A stretch of DNA of 64,000 bases, taken from positions 170,626,001 to 170,690,000 of the forward strand of contig NC_086097.1 in the NCBI RefSeq assembly GCF_963921235.1, read 5' to 3'. Positions within the stretch are counted from its first letter, which is position 1, and the number at the start of each line of letters is the position of its first letter. The DNA comes from Mobula hypostoma. Lineage: Eukaryota. This document shows positions 23,948-38,295 of the stretch, piece by piece. The translations under genes were made by a program, and so were the position numbers. The notes under the pieces are model-generated. The model did no database searches and was not told the origin of the DNA. It worked only from the letters and a program-made list of their open reading frames with translations.

Positions 23948-24374
23948 TTTAACGCCCTGGGAAACGTTTCACTGCTAACGTAATGGTCTTTCTGTAGAAG
24001 CGGTGTTTGGGTTATGGTCAGAGTTAACGGGTGCTTTGGAATGTGAGCTGGGTCTTTTGTTCAGCGGGAGATGAAGAGGGAAGACCCTGGAGAGAACCAG
24101 TCATAGGATATGACTCGATGGGGAGATCGTGATTCGATGGAGCCAGGTGGCGAGATCGACTGAGGATCGGTGAATTGAGCTCCAGCTGGTGTACATTTGA
24201 CTGTTTAATTATAATGGGCTTTTTTCATTTTTCCTTTCTTTTCTTTACTAACCCTTTATTTAAGATTTATAACCGGGGTTTGGAGTGGGAGAGCCGTCTC
24301 AATCTCATGGGTTTGGCGGTACTGAAATGTGTCTTCCCTAGACTTATGCAGCCAAGGAAACCAGTAGGGTTTCA
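23948..24374 (+). mobile_element. Probable degenerate solo LTR
   Basis: CpG-containing block starting TTTAACGCCC (TG possibly mutated) and ending GGTTTCA, flanked by CCAA at 23944-23947 and 24375-24378. Confidence 0.45.
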
Positions 24375-24849
24375 CCAATTTCCCATTGTTCAGAGAATTT
24401 GGGAAATGGTGTTGAGGTAGAAGATCAGGCATGATCTTCCTTCTTCATATAGACATTGTTGATATTGAACATGGTGGTTTAAAATATGGAAGAAAATGTA
24501 GAACTAGAATGGGCCAAGGACTGTGGAAGCAGACAGATCAATTGTCTTTATGTGGAGTGATTTGAGCTGGTTACTGAAGAGAACTACTAATCGTCACTTG
24601 CTGGGAAGAGGGCAATAAATGGATGCTGGCCTGGAGCAGACCCAATGAAAAGCCAGTGACCTATAGCCAATGACACTGGAAAGCAATATTTGAATTTAAA
24701 AATATTTCAAATATTTTGAATATTTTGAATTTTAAAAACTGTGTTTAAAAAGACTCTTCCCATATATAAGTGAATGAAATAGCAAGGAGATCTAATTATC
24801 AAACATATCATCTACCATACAAAACTATAACTTGAGTGTTCCTCATTAG

Positions 24850-25975
24850 AAGAACTAAATGCACCTAATATTCTGAAAGAGGTAGCTGAGGAGATTGTGG
24901 AGGCATTAGTAATGATTTTGCAAGAATCATTAGATTCTGGTCTGGTTCTCAAGGTTCGGAAAATTACAAATATCACTCCACTCTTCAGTGGTTGGGACCA
25001 CTTTTTCTTACGGTGTCTGTCAATGATTTGGATGACAGTATTGATGGCTTTGTGGCCAATTTTGTAGATGATACAAAGATAGGAGGAAGAACAGGTAGTG
25101 TTGAGGAAGCAGGAATGCTACAGAAGGACTGAGATAGATTAGGAGAATGGGCAAAAAAGTGGCAGATGGAATACAGTGTCAGGAAGTGTATGGTCCTGAA
25201 CTTTGGTGGAAGGGATAAAAGTGTAGACTGTTCTCAAAACAGAAAGAAAAGTTTCAAAATCTGAGGTGCAAAGGGACTTGGGAGTCCTTGTGTAGGATTC
25301 CCTAAGGATTAAATTGCAGGTTGAGTCAGTGGTGAGGAAGGCAAATGCAATGCTGGCACTTATTTCAAGAGGACTAGAATATAAAATCCAGGATGTAATA
25401 CTGAGGCTTTACAAGGAACTGGTGAGGCCTCACTTTGGTGTATTGTGAGCAATTTTGGACCCCTTATCTAAGAAAGGACATGCTGACATTGGAGAGCGTT
25501 CAAAGGAAGTTCACAAGAATGATTCTGGGAATGAAAGGCTTATCATATGAGGAGCATTTGATGGCTCTGGAGCTGTACTCGCTGGAATTTCAGGCAATTG
25601 AAGGAGGATCTCATTGAAACCTATCGAATATTGAAAGGCCTAGATAGAATGGATGTTTCATATAGTGGGGGTGTCTAGGACTAGGGGGCACAACTTTAGA
25701 ATAGAGGGACTTCCATTTAAAATGGAGATGAGGAGGAATTTCTTTAGTCAGAGGGTGATGAAACTGTGGAATTCATTGTCATAGTCAGCCGTGAGAGCCA
25801 GGTCATTGGGTATTATTAAGGCAGAGGTTAATAGATTCTTGATAAATTGGGGTGTAAAAGGTTAGGATAAGGCAGGAGAATGGGATTGAGAGGGAAATGG
25901 ACCAGTCATAATCAAATGGTGGAGCAAACTTGATGGGCCAAATGGCCTAATTCTGCTCCTATGCCTTATGCTTTT
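24850..25975 (+). mobile_element. CR1 LINE, internally deleted
   Basis: FVDDTKIGG and YCEQFWTPYLRKDMLTLESVQRKFTRMI, ending in the CR1 3' UTR (GGCCTAATTCTGCTCCTAT). Confidence 0.85.
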
Positions 25976-27529
25976 ATATAATAGTGGGGCATCCAGTCTA
26001 CATGTGAAAACTCAGTTCCGGGAATCAAGAATCAAAGATTTTAGTTGTTACCTCTGGAATGGTGACTGGTTGGGAGACAACTGATAGAAATTTATAAAAT
26101 TATGAAAGGCATACCCATAGTTGATAGTCAGAATCTTTATCCCAGAGTATAATTGTCAAATACTAAAGGGTATGTATTTCAAAAGAAAGGTGAAAAGTTT
26201 TAAGGAGATGTGTGAGGTATTTTTTTAAGCAGAGTTATGGGTGCCTGGAATGGGCTAGCAGGGGTGGTGGTGGAAGAAGTTCTAAGAGTGGCCCTTACAA
26301 CGCTGTTAGGTGAATACACAGGGAATGGATAGATATAGATCATGAAGAGGGATATGATTTAATCATGTCTAATTTAACAATGTCTGTGCTTGGCACAAAT
26401 ATTGTTCCTGTGCTGTATTCTTCTCTAATCTATGCCCTATGTTTGGAACCTAATTTTGAAAGCAAAGTACGTTACAGAGCCTCTCTTATAAAGCCAGTTT
26501 AACATTACTCACTAGGAATAAATTTCTATGTAATTCTCTATACACCATCTATTCATGTTTCCTTCAGCCAGATGGTTCAAATTTTATTTGAATTACATTC
26601 AGGTATCTAGGTTCAAATCCTACACGAGAACTTCAAACTCAAAAATAAAATTCGGCCACCACCCCCAGTGCAAGAGGTGATTTTTTTTCTGACATGTGCT
26701 AAGCTGAAGCTTCATTTGCGCCTTCAGATGGCATGCATTCTATTTGTCTTTGTTTTTGCCAAAATGTTTTTAAAGCAAGTGGTCTCAACGTGAGCTCCCA
26801 CACTTGAATTATGGGACATAGGGTTGAAAAATCAAAGTAGCAGCTCCAGCCCAATCATATCTCCCGCAGCAAGATACCAGCATGTTGTGGAGAGATGTGA
26901 AGAGAGAAAAAAAATCTGTGAGGGAAATCTTGCGTGAAACAAAAATGCAGCAAGCACTCTATCTGTTGAGTAAACAATTCAACATTGCAGTAAAATAAGA
27001 ATGTACAAGGTTACAAGGTGAGAAACATCTGTGAAGGCATTTGGATTGGTATTTCAAATCAAATCAGAGAGGTATATTCAGAGAAAGCTGCATGTACAAA
27101 TCTAAAGAACACTTTCCCTTTGGAATAGGGATTGTTCATGTTACGCTGACACAGCAATACCAAGTATTTTCAGTCTTGACCCCAGTGAGGTCAGCTTTGA
27201 TTAGTCTAGACACCACCATGCACAAATCCAAAATAGCTCTGCTTTTCTGCTCTGATCTGAGGAGCTAATTTAAATTCAGTGTGAGAGACTGGAATTCCCA
27301 CAGAGTGCAGAGGAGATTGATTTCTCAAAGCAGGCAGCAATGGGTACACTCTCACCGATTCGATCAAACCCCATTCTCTCCACCACCCCATCCCCCTAAG
27401 AAACTGCAATGGTTTCCCTTTGGCTCATGTTGACCTCACTTACCAGCTTTTTTAATCCATTTAAATTCTATAAATTTGTTTCCGCCTCTGACTCTCTGCA
27501 TTTTCCTTTAATACCTCCTTAATGCTGAC

Positions 27530-29585
27530 TTAGAGTTATTGAGTTGTACGTCACGGAAATGCGTCGAATGGCTCAGCTCATCCATGTGATGAATTTATAT
27601 ATTTGAACTAGTCCCATATACATGCCTTTTCACTGCATAATTTTATAAGCTGCTATCAGGTCTCCCCTCAGCCTGTATTGCTCCAGAGAAAATAACTGAA
27701 GTTTTTCTATCCTCCCTTGATAGGTCATTCCCTCTAATCCAGGCAGCATCCTAGTAAGTTTCATCTGTACCTTTTCCAAATCCTCCACACGTTCCTGTAA
27801 AGGAGCATTCAGAACTTCATCCAATAGTCAAAGCACAGACTAATCACATTGTTATAGCTCTTCTTCAAAGGGGAAGGATGACCATGTCCCCAAACCTAAC
27901 CACATTTTCCTGCCTGAGTATAGATTCCACTCCACTGCCAACCATTGATCTCCCCTTGGCCCCTCATTTTACGTGGTCACAGAGAGTTACACAGCTCAGA
28001 GACAGGCCTTTTAACCTAACCTATCCATGCTGACCAAGTTGTCCACCTGAGCTAGTCCCAGTTGCCCGCATTTGGCCTATAAACCTTTACTGTCCATGTA
28101 GTTGTCCAAATATCTTTAAGCATTGTAATTGTACCCACCTCTACCAATTCCCTTGGCAGCTCATCTCACATGCCACCACATTCTTCGCCAAAAGCCTGCC
28201 CCTCAGTTTTTTAAAAATCTTTTCCCACTCATTTTTATCTCATGCCCTTCAGTATTAGACTATCACCATTTTATATATGCCCCCCAGAATTTTATTATAG
28301 CATCCTATTCTCCAGTGGGAATAATTCTAGTCTATCCAATCTTTCCTTATAATTACAATCCTCTATTCCAGGCTACATCCCTGTGAATCACCTCTGTACC
28401 ATGTCCTGTGCTGCTACGTCCTTTCTATAGTGTTGGTGACTTGAAATGTATGCGATATTCGAAGTGTGCCTTAGCCAATCTCTTGTATGACAGCCCCACA
28501 ATGTCCCAACTCTTATACTCAATACCACTGCCTCTGATGGTGTGCAAGCCAACACTTTTTCATTACCCAATCCACCTTCAGCTCTATTTTCATGGAGCAA
28601 TGAACTTGCATCACATTAATGCTTCTGTGCACTTTGTCTTTTGCTATACATATCCAGCCAGTGTTATACAAGATAGAATGCATTATCTTTCAATTGTCTT
28701 GATTACATTCCATTTGCCACTGCACCGTGCAACTTTCCGGCTGATCTATGTCATTCTCTATCTTTATCCTAAAGTAACTGTCCTCACTATCTACAACTCC
28801 ACCAATCTTTGTGTGACCAGCAAAAGCTTCCTCAGACTTCTCATCCAAATCATTTATGCAACATATGGCATATAACAAAGGTTCCTACCCAGCACTAGTC
28901 ACTATGGTACACCACTGGTTACAGAAAAAAATAATCATAATATGAACAAGCTTGATATAGTGCACAGAAAATTTATGAGGATGTTGCCAAGACTTGAGGA
29001 CCTGAGTTATAGGGAAAAATTGAATAGCTTAGGTTAGGACTTTATTCCATGGAATGCAGGGGAAAGAGGAAGATCTTATAGAGGTATAAAAAATTGTGAG
29101 GGGTATAGGCAAGTTGAATATTTGAAGGTTTTTTTCCTTCAAAGTTAGGTGAGATGGGAACTAGAGGATTAAGGTGAAAGGTGCAGTATTTAAGGGGAAT
29201 CCGAAAGGGAGTTTCTTCACTCAGATGGTGGTACAAATGTGGAACAAGCTGCCAGCAGGAGTGGTAGATGCAAGCTCCATTGTAGCATTTAAGAGAAGTT
29301 TGGATAGATACATGAATAGGAGAACTATTTAGAGCTGTTATCCAGGTGCAGGTAGACGGGAGTAAGTAGAAAATTAGGCTGGCATAGACTAGATGAGCTG
29401 AAGAGCTTGTTTCTGTGCTTTATGACTCTAACCACTACCCTCTGTCTCCTATCACCAAGCCAATTACATAATACCTTTCCTCTGACACCTATCCCTCTAA
29501 AACTGAACATCTTAAACTTTATGAGTCCTAACTTTCTGGACCAGCCTACTGTGCAGGATCTGATCCAAGTATACCATGTTTCTTA
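27530..29585. mobile_element. Cluster of old CR1 fragments in both orientations
   Basis: LEKVQMKLTRMLPGLE...RLRGDLI(-) and FAGHTKIGGVVDSE(-), with a plus-strand CR1 3' end at about 28940-29430. Confidence 0.7.
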
Positions 29586-29690
29586 CTTTGCCTTCATCAA
29601 TTTATCTGTCTACACCCCTTGCTGCCTTGGAAAAGTAACTAGCATAATCAAAGTCCCTACCCGCCATGGACCTCCCTTCCACTGGGCATA

Positions 29691-31935
29691 TAGTTTCAAT
29701 ATAATTATGGAGAAGGATAGGACTGGACCCAGGGCTGAGATTTTTGATTGGAGAAAGGCTAACTTTGAGGAGGTGCGAAAGGATTTAGAAGGAGTGGATT
29801 GGGACAATTTGTTTTATGGGAAGGATGTAATAGAGAAATAGAGGTCATTTAAAGGTGAAAAATTGAGGGTACAGAATCTTTATGTTCCTGTTGGGTTGAA
29901 AGGAAAGGTTAGAAGTTTGAGAGAGCCATGGTTTTCAAGGGATATTGGAAACCTGGTTCGGAAAAAGAGAGAAATCTACAATAAATATAGGCAGCTTGGA
30001 GTAAGTGAGGTGCTCGAGGAATATAAAGAATGTAAAAAGAATCTTAAGAAAGAAATTAGAAAAGCTAAAAGAAGATATGAGGTTGCTTTGGCAAGTAAGG
30101 TGAAAATAAATCCAAAGGGCTCCTACAGTTATATTAATAGCAAAAGGATAGTGAGGGATAAAATTGGTTCCTTAGAGAATTAGAGTGGATCGCTATTTGC
30201 GGAGCCAAAAGAGATGGGGGAGATTTTGAACAATTTCTTTTCTTCGGTATTCACTAATGAGAAGGATATTGAATTGTGTAAGGTAAGGGAAACAAGTAGG
30301 GTAATTATGGAAACTATGACAATTAAAGAAGAGGAAGTACTGGCACTTTTAAAGAATATAAAAGTGGATAAATCTCCGGGTCCTGACAGGATATTCCCTA
30401 GGACCTTGAGGGAAGTACGTGTAGAAATAGCAGGGACTCTGACAGAAATATTTCAAATGTCATTAGAAACGGGGATGGTGCCAGAGGATTGGCGTATTGC
30501 TCATGTGGATCCATTGTTTAAAAAAGGGTTCTAAGACTAAACCTAGCAATTATTGGCCTGTGAGTTTGACGTCAGTGGTGGGTAAAATGACGGAAAGTAT
30601 TCTTAGAGATGGTATATATAATTATCTGGATAGACAGGGTCTGATTAGGAACAGTCAACATGGATTTGTGCATGGAAGGTCATGTTTGACAAATCTAACT
30701 GAATTTTTTGAGGACGTTACTTGGAAGGTTGATGAGGATAAAATGGTGGATGTTGTCTATATGGACTTCAGTAAGGCCTTTGACAAGGTTTCACACGGAA
30801 GGTTAGTTAGGAAGGTTCAATCGTTAGGTATTAATATTGAAGTAGTAAAATGGATTCGGCAGTGGCTGGATGGGAGGCACCAGAGAGTAGTGGTGGATAA
30901 CTGTGTGCCAGATTGGAGGCTGGCGTCTAGTGGTGTGCCTCAGGGATCTGTACTGGGTCCAATGTTTTTGTCATATATATTAATGAACTGGATGATGGGG
31001 TGGTAAATTGGATGAGTAAGTATGCAGATGACACTAAGATATGTGGAGTTGTGGATAATGAAGTAGGTTTTCAAAGCTTGCAGAGAGATTTAGGCCAGTT
31101 AGAAGAGTGTGCTGAAAGATGGCAGATGGAGTTTAATGCTGATAGATGTGAGGTGCTACATTTTGGTAGGACTAATCAAAATAAGACATACATGGTAAAT
31201 GGTAGGGCATTGAAGAATGCAGTATGAATGGAAGGATCTAGGAATAGTGGTGCATAGTTTCCTGAAGGTGGAATCTCATGTGGATAGGGTAGTGAAGAAA
31301 GCTTTCGGTATGCTGGCCTTTATAAATCAGAGCATTGAGTATAAGAGATGAGATGTAATGTTGAAATTGTACAAGGCATCGGTGAGGCCAAATTAGGAGT
31401 ATTGTGTACAGTTTTGGTCACCGAATTATAGGAAAGATCTCAACAAAACAGAGAGAGTACAGAGAAGATTTATGAGAATGTTACCCGAGTTTCATCACCT
31501 AAGTTACAGAGAAAGGTTGAACAAGTTGGTTCTTTATTCTTTGGAACGTAGAAGGTTGAGGGGGGACTTGATAGAGGTATTTAAAATTATGAGGGGGATA
31601 GATAGAGTTGATGTAGATAGGCTTTTTCCATTGAGAGTGGGGGAGATTCAAACAAGAGGACATGAGTTGAGAGTTAAAGGGCAAAAGTTTAGGGGTAACA
31701 TGAGGGGGAACTTCTTTACTCAGAGAGTGGTAGCTGTGTGGAACGAGCTTCCAGCAGAAGTGGTTGAGGCAGGTTCGATGTTGTTGTTTAAAGTTAAATT
31801 GGACAGCTATATGGACAGGAAAGGAATGGAGGGTTATGAGCTGAGCGCAGGTTGGTGGGACTAGGTGAGAGTAAGAGTTCGGCACGGACCAGAAGGGCCG
31901 AGATGGCCTGTTTCTGTGCTGTAATTGTTATATGG
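29691..31935 (+). mobile_element. CR1 LINE, 5'-truncated, relatively well preserved ORF2 with RT, inserted in a Rex 3' end
   Basis: Consecutive ORF pieces KSPGPDRIFPR, SQHGFVHGRSCLTNL, YMDFSKAFDKV, SGVPQGSVLGP, YADDTK, RRLRGDLIEVFKI, broken by a few stops and frameshifts. Confidence 0.93.
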
Positions 31936-33679
31936 TCATAAGATACAAAAGCCTGAATACATGTACCGCCAGGCTCAAGGACAGATTCAGCTCCACTGTT
32001 ATCAAATAAATCAATGGTTCCACCTTGTTTGATAAAATAGAGTCTTCACCTCACGGTCTACCTCATCATGGCCTTGTACTTTATTGTCCGTCTGCACTGC
32101 ATTCTCTCCTTAACTGCAAGATTTTATTCTGTATTCTGTTATTGTTTACCTTTGTACCACCTCAATGCACTGATGCAATGAAATGCAAAACAAACGATTT
32201 CACTGTATCTTGGTACATGTGTCAATAATTTTTTTAAATAAACTGATTTCTCCAAAAAACTCAGTCAGATTTATAATGCTCATTTAATATTTACATATAA
32301 TGTATTTTTTTGTCTTTGAATGTGAACTTTATCAACTATTGCTTGGATCCTGTAGAAGTTTTTAGGAAAGGTTTGGCAGGCTTAATGTCTTTAGAATTCA
32401 ATAGCTATGAATTAGCTTGGAGGTGCCATGTTGGTAAGGCTATTAAAATTGTTGACAGTTTAACATCTGCAGCTGGCTATATCAATACTTCATTTAATTG
32501 ATGTTCTTTACTATGCTTTTAAGATTTAAGAGCATTGATAGTGCTACTGTGGGAAGCAATCTGAAGTCTGATATTGATTATTAACCTAGTTGTGAACTGG
32601 TAATTAAATCCTTTCTCTTGATCAAGTTCCAGCAAAACAAATATACCTTTTAATCGTGTTAAATCTGGACTGCCTAATCAAATACTGTTTAATATGTTAA
32701 ATTCCCCTTCACATTATGAAAACTCAGTTCATTGTGCATATTCCCTCCTTATCGTTCTCTCCCAGGTGGGACACCTTACAACAACTAAAAACTATTCTCT
32801 CTTAATCTGACTTCCCACTTTCTCAATCTTTCTTTCATCACACTTTCTCCTTTCTTTCTCTCTCACTTTGTTCCCTCTGCCTTGCTCTTTTCTCACTTTC
32901 ATTCTCGTTCTCAGTCTTTCACTCTTTCCTTTTCTCCTCACTCTCTTTTCCTTCTCATTCCAATGTTGTTATTCTTGCTCCCACTCACATATTCCATGTT
33001 TCTGACCTCCCTTTTTGCTCTTAGATCACTCCCTCCTCCTTTTACACTCCCTCACTCATCTTTTCTTCAGCCTTTTGTACCTGCTGCACTATTCAATGAG
33101 ATCATTGCTGATTTTTTATTTATCTCAGCACCACGTTCCTGCATTAAGTCTGTATCTCTTGATTCTTTTAATATCTAGGATCAAAGCAGTAGATTTTAAG
33201 TTTCATAAAGTGAGTAAAGTCAGGCTGAATCTGAGCTCTGTCAACCAGTTCTATTGTGAGAATAACTATGTCTTCTGAGTCACTAGAAATACCACAGACC
33301 TGGTTGTGACAACAGAATAAAAGCAGTTTGCAATAACATCAAACAGCCTTTTATCAATCATACCAACAGACTTCTCAGAACAAGCTTCAATTCTAAAATA
33401 GAAAGGAATGGTAGCTTGCCTTTTTCAGAAGTTGGAATCACAGTGCACTGTAGGAGATTACTCTGCCCATCAGACTGTTCTGGCTCTTTGTAGGTGTTTT
33501 CTGATTTGTTCCACTGCCTCCCTTTCTCCTTATCTTCTGAGATCCAATCCCCAAGAAATCACGGTTCCCCTTCAGTTGCTTTGCAAAGCAGGGAGTGGAG
33601 GCTGGAAATTGATTTATTATTGTTGCACGTACTGAGATAGATCAAAAAGGTTTTATTCTGTGGGTTCTTCAGATGTTTT

Positions 33680-34085
33680 CGTTTTAGTACTGCTATGTAA
33701 TTATGCCATACATAATTACATAGTGTTAGTAAAAAGGAAACAGAGAGCAAAATAACGTTACAGTTACAGAGAATGTGCAGTACAAATAAACAAATGAAGT
33801 ACAAGAATCAAGGTGAGATGAATTGTGAGATTGAGCTCACCTTTAACGACAAGAGATTTATTCAAGAGGCTTAAGCCAGGGCGATAGAAGCTGTCCTTGA
33901 GCCTGATAGTATGTGCTGTCAGGCTTTTGTATCTTCTGCCCAATGGAAGGAAAGAGAAGAGAGAATGGCAGGGGTGGAAAGGATCCTTGTTTATGTTCCC
34001 TGCCGCAGGAAGCGTAGACAGAATATGGAGGGGAGGCTGGTTTGCATGATGGATTGGGTTGCATTTACAACTCTCTGAAATGTCT
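33680..34085 (-). mobile_element. Rex1/Babar LINE 3' fragment
   Basis: Reverse complement of the GGGCAGAAGATACAAAAGCCTG...CTCAAGGACAGCTTCTATC block. Confidence 0.7.
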
Positions 34086-34579
34086 GCTTTTTAGACGAAG
34101 CTTCAGAAACTCAACTTCCTTCTGCCTCCTTAAGTGACTAAAGAAATCTCATGATGTGGAGTGAGTTCTGGCCAATGTCTATCCCTCAATTAACGTTTCA
34201 AAGCAGCTTAATCTGTCATTGCCACAGTGTTTTTCCAACATTGTAAGCATGATTGCATTCCAGAACTCCTCAACGTCTTGGCCCGAAGCGTCAACTGTTT
34301 ATTCCTCTCCATAGATGCTGCCTGACTTGTTGAATTCCTCCAGCATTTTGTCTGTGTTTCTCAAGGTTTCAAGCATATGCAGAATTGCTTGTGTCACTAA
34401 CATTAAAGTAATTTTAAATAAGGATACTATAAAGTACAGTAGAAATGCAAATGTTTCTTTACAAGATCCCTCAGGAACTTGTGGACCATAAGGTAACTGA
34501 TGCAGCCAGTTTATGACTTGCAGAATTCATTACTGTGGACGAGAAATTGTTGGACAGGTGGGTAGTTTTTGAGGTGATA

Positions 34580-35170
34580 CGTTCCTTCTACTTGTTATGA
34601 CTGTGGAGCTTAAATTTGTCAATGCCAACTTGGACACTTCTCTGCATTGTGAGATGCCATACACAATGGGTTCCTAGAAGTCAATAAGGAAGTGGTGCTC
34701 TATCAAGATGACTCCGAGAACTTCTGTAAAACAATTCCTTTGTCCACATGGAAATATCTTGCTGAATTCAGAACAGAGTTTCTCATTCCAGAGCTTGGTG
34801 TCAGGCATCCAGAGTCAACTGGAAACCAAGTGCGGCCTCAGAAATCTACCAATGGATTTGGGCAATTTTGTGCAGAGAGTGTATTTGGTATTGTTCCAGT
34901 GCTTCGAGAGGTTTGCTGTAAGCAGTCCAACTTTAAGAGGCATACAGTAAGGCAGAATTAATTATTGCCTACTGGGCTGGGAACTTTCTGCCACCTTTGA
35001 CATCTTGATCCCCAAGTACATCTCCTCTGATTTCCTAAAGCTGTACTGGTGCACTGAAGTTAATGGTGAATTCCCACATTCATGTCTGCTTTCACTGAGG
35101 CTTCCTTAGCTTCCCTGGCTACTGTGGGGCTACAGGCTTCTCCTATCCTGTGGAAACTTGGATTGTGAAC
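34580..35170 (-). mobile_element. Old RTE (BovB-like) LINE remnant
   Basis: Manual minus-strand translation gives SVKADMN..IHH*LQCTS, ALEQYQIHSLHKIAQIHW and MPDTKL..KLCSEF...GQRNCF, collinear with the RTE ORF C-terminus. Confidence 0.55.
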
Positions 35171-35419
35171 AGTTATCAGAAACAGAACACTCCTGGAACC
35201 CACGGAAGACCTGCAGAAATAGATGCATTTAAGGTGAGAGGAAGGAGCTTTAAAAGGGATATGAGGGGAAACATTTTAACACAGGGAGAATTTGATATCT
35301 GGAGCTCACTGTATGAGGAGATGATGGAGTTAGATGCAGTCTCTTTGTTAAAAAGACTTTTAGACAAATGTTAAATTGACACTGATGTCACAGTACAGAG
35401 AGATCTCTAACACCAAGGA

Positions 35420-36530
35420 AAATCCTACAAAACGTAATGGCCAGTCCATCACGAATAAAGCCCTCCCCACCATTGAGCCTTTCTACACAGAACATTGTTG
35501 CAGAAAAGCAGCATCCAACATCAGGGATCTCTACCACCCAGGGCATGCTCTCTTCTTGCTGCTGCCATTGGGGAGAAGGTACAGGAGCCTCAGGACTCAC
35601 ACAACCAGGTTCAGGAATAGTTATTACCCATAACCATCAGGCTCTTGATTGAAAGGGGATAATTTCACTCAACTTCTCTTGCCCCATCATTGAAGTGTTT
35701 CCACAACCTATGGATTCACCTTCAAGAGCTTTTCATCTCACGTTCTTGATATTTATTGGTTAGTTATTTATTATTATTGTTTCTTTCCTTTTGTATTTGC
35801 ATAGTTAATTGTCTTTTGCACACTAATTGAATGCCCAAATTGGTACAGACTTTCATTTATTCTATCTCAGGGTTGTATATTGTGACATATATGTACTTTG
35901 ATAATAAATTTATTTGAACATCTCTACTTCCTCAGGAGACTAAAGAAATTTGACATGTCCCTGTCAATGCTTACCAACTTTTATTGATACACCATAGAAA
36001 GCATCCAATTTGGATGCATAATGACTTAGCATGGCAGCTGCTCTGCATATGACCACAAGGAACTGCAGATAATTGTGGACACAGCTCAGTACATCTTGGG
36101 AACCACCCTCCACTCTATGGACCCTGTCTTTAATTCTCATTGCTTCAGTAAAGAAGCCATCATACCCCCACCCTGGACATTTTCTCTTCTCCCTTCTCTA
36201 ATCGGGTAGAAGATACAGAAGCCTGAAAGCATGTACTGCCAATCTTAAGATCGGCTTCTATCCCACTGTGATTGGAGTCTTGAACAGACCTCTTGTACAA
36301 TAAGATTGAATCTTTGCTTTACAGTTTACGTTATGATCTTGCACCTTATTGTTTACCTGCACTACACTTTCTTGGTAGCTTTTACACTTTATTCTGCATT
36401 GTTATTGTTTTACTTTGTTCTGCCTCAATGTATTGTGTAATGATTTGATCTTTATGTATAATATGTAAGACAAGCTCTTCACCGTACCCTGGAACAGGTG
36501 ACAATAATAAACCAACATGAATACCAAAAT
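35420..36530 (+). mobile_element. Two adjacent Rex1/Babar 3' fragments with different UTRs
   Basis: KAASNIRDLYHPGHALFLLLPLGRRYRSLRTHTTRFRNSYYP in the first. The second starts at about 35920. Confidence 0.8.
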
Positions 36531-36607
36531 AGACAAGGAATAGAAAAATAGGGATATAATGTGGACAGATTGGAATTGGTTTATTATAATCTATCCTGGA
36601 CACAACA

Positions 36608-37692
36608 CAGACATCCCACCCTGCAAAAACTCATTTCAGGGAGATAGCACCACCATTGCAGGGAGGTAGCACCCACGCACCCTCCAACCCCATATCACCA
36701 CCCCACCCCCCCAACCGCTGTCGACCTCCAAGGGTGCATGTATACAGGACATTTGATTAGGAAAGAACACTACAATTTATTTGACACATATTGAAACTAT
36801 TTACACAGACACACACACACACACACATATATATATTCCTTGTTGAGTATTTTGTTGACAATCTCAATGCTAATGCAAATAGCTTTTCTATTTCTTTTGC
36901 AAACTTTCCTTGTACTGTGATGTGGCTCTGCTGAAAAGAACTGTGAAATACTTGAGCAGCCTTCCCTGCGATTAGCCTCCCTAATGTGTTGAGGTCCCTA
37001 AAGGAAATAAAAGCATAAGGTGTATCCTTATTATATTGTCTTATGTAATACTTTGTTTTTGTCCAATCTGTAATCTGTAAACTGGGTATATGCAGAAAAT
37101 GTGACATTAAAATATGTACTTGTATATTATCATGGAGTCATTTTAAAATTCTATTACAACTTTAAGCACGTCTTGGCCTCATCACGTAGGACATCAATAC
37201 AGTAGCTCCTTAGCAGCTAGCCAGCTGGTTTAAATAACATTAGCTATGCTAATGAATGAATGACACATGTTAAACTCACCTCAACATGTCTTTTACATTT
37301 TAACCCACCATGGGCAATAGAAAAGTCACTGTTGCAAACAGTGCAGCGAGCAACACTGTCATTATTTTTGACCCCTGTTAGGCAGGGGTACGCTTTAGTG
37401 TAGTCTGGGGTGACGTATGTTTTACATTTTCTTTTTTTGAAACACTTTGCCTTGGTGGTGCAGGACACGAAACTGAAATGATGGAGAGACAGAGGTCGAC
37501 TGTAGAGCCCGCCCACAGAGAAAACTGATAGGTCTACTTAGCACAAAAGGAGACTAATCAGGATGCTCGCTCTCGCTCCAGCTCCCCCTCTCCCTTTCAT
37601 TTCCGGGATATTGTATATAATTTGCGGGCATCAGGGAACTGCTATTAATACGCGGGAGACTCCCGGAACTTCCGGGAGAGGTGGGATGTCTG
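36608..37692 (-). mobile_element. Non-autonomous hAT-like DNA transposon inside a Rex LINE
   Basis: TIR CAGACATCCCACC / GGTGGGATGTCTG with ACAACA on both flanks. Minus-strand transposase-like N-terminus KKRKCK...ARCTVCNSDFSIAHGGLKCKRHVE (BED-like zinc finger). Confidence 0.8.
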
Positions 37693-38295
37693 ACAACATA
37701 TTGATGCATTTACAAAGAAGGCACGACAGCAATTGTACTTCAGTTGGAGTTTGAGGAGACGTGGCTTATTACTAAAGACCCTCGCAAATTTCTGAAGTTG
37801 TGCAGTGGAGAGCATTCAAACTGCTTGTATCATAGCTGTATCACTGTACATGATCAAAAAAGCTACAGAAAGTTTTAAACTCAGACAGCTCCATTATGGG
37901 CACTAACCTTCCCTCCGTCCAGGAAACCTTCAAAAGGCGATGCCTCAGAAAGGTGGCGCCCATCGTTAATGTCCACCATCACCTTGGCCATGCCCTCTTC
38001 TCATTGTTACCACCAGGGAGGAGGTACAGGGGCCTGGAGACACATACTCAATGTTTCAGGAACAGCTCCTTCTCCTCCGCTATCAGATTTCTGAATTCAC
38101 AATGAACCCATGTACACTACCTCATTGTTTTTTTTTTACTTTTTTGCACTCTTTTTGCACTACCTTAAATTAATGCTTATATATATTTCTTATGTAATTT
38201 ATAGTTTTGTAATTATATGTTGCAAATTACTGCTGCTGCAAAACAATTAATTTCATAAAGTATACCAGTGATATTAAATCTTTTTCTGCTTCTGA
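37693..38295 (+). mobile_element. Rex1/Babar LINE (host of the hAT)
   Basis: LPSVQETFKRRCLRKVAPIVNVHHHLGHALFSLLPPGRRYR...FRNSSFSSAIRFLN. Confidence 0.8.

Noticed and set aside
24690..24740. AT-rich short direct and inverted repeats
   Set aside because: Low complexity, with no further structure to support a function.
29700..31864. Functional reverse transcriptase gene
   Set aside because: 5'-truncated, with several stops and frameshifts.
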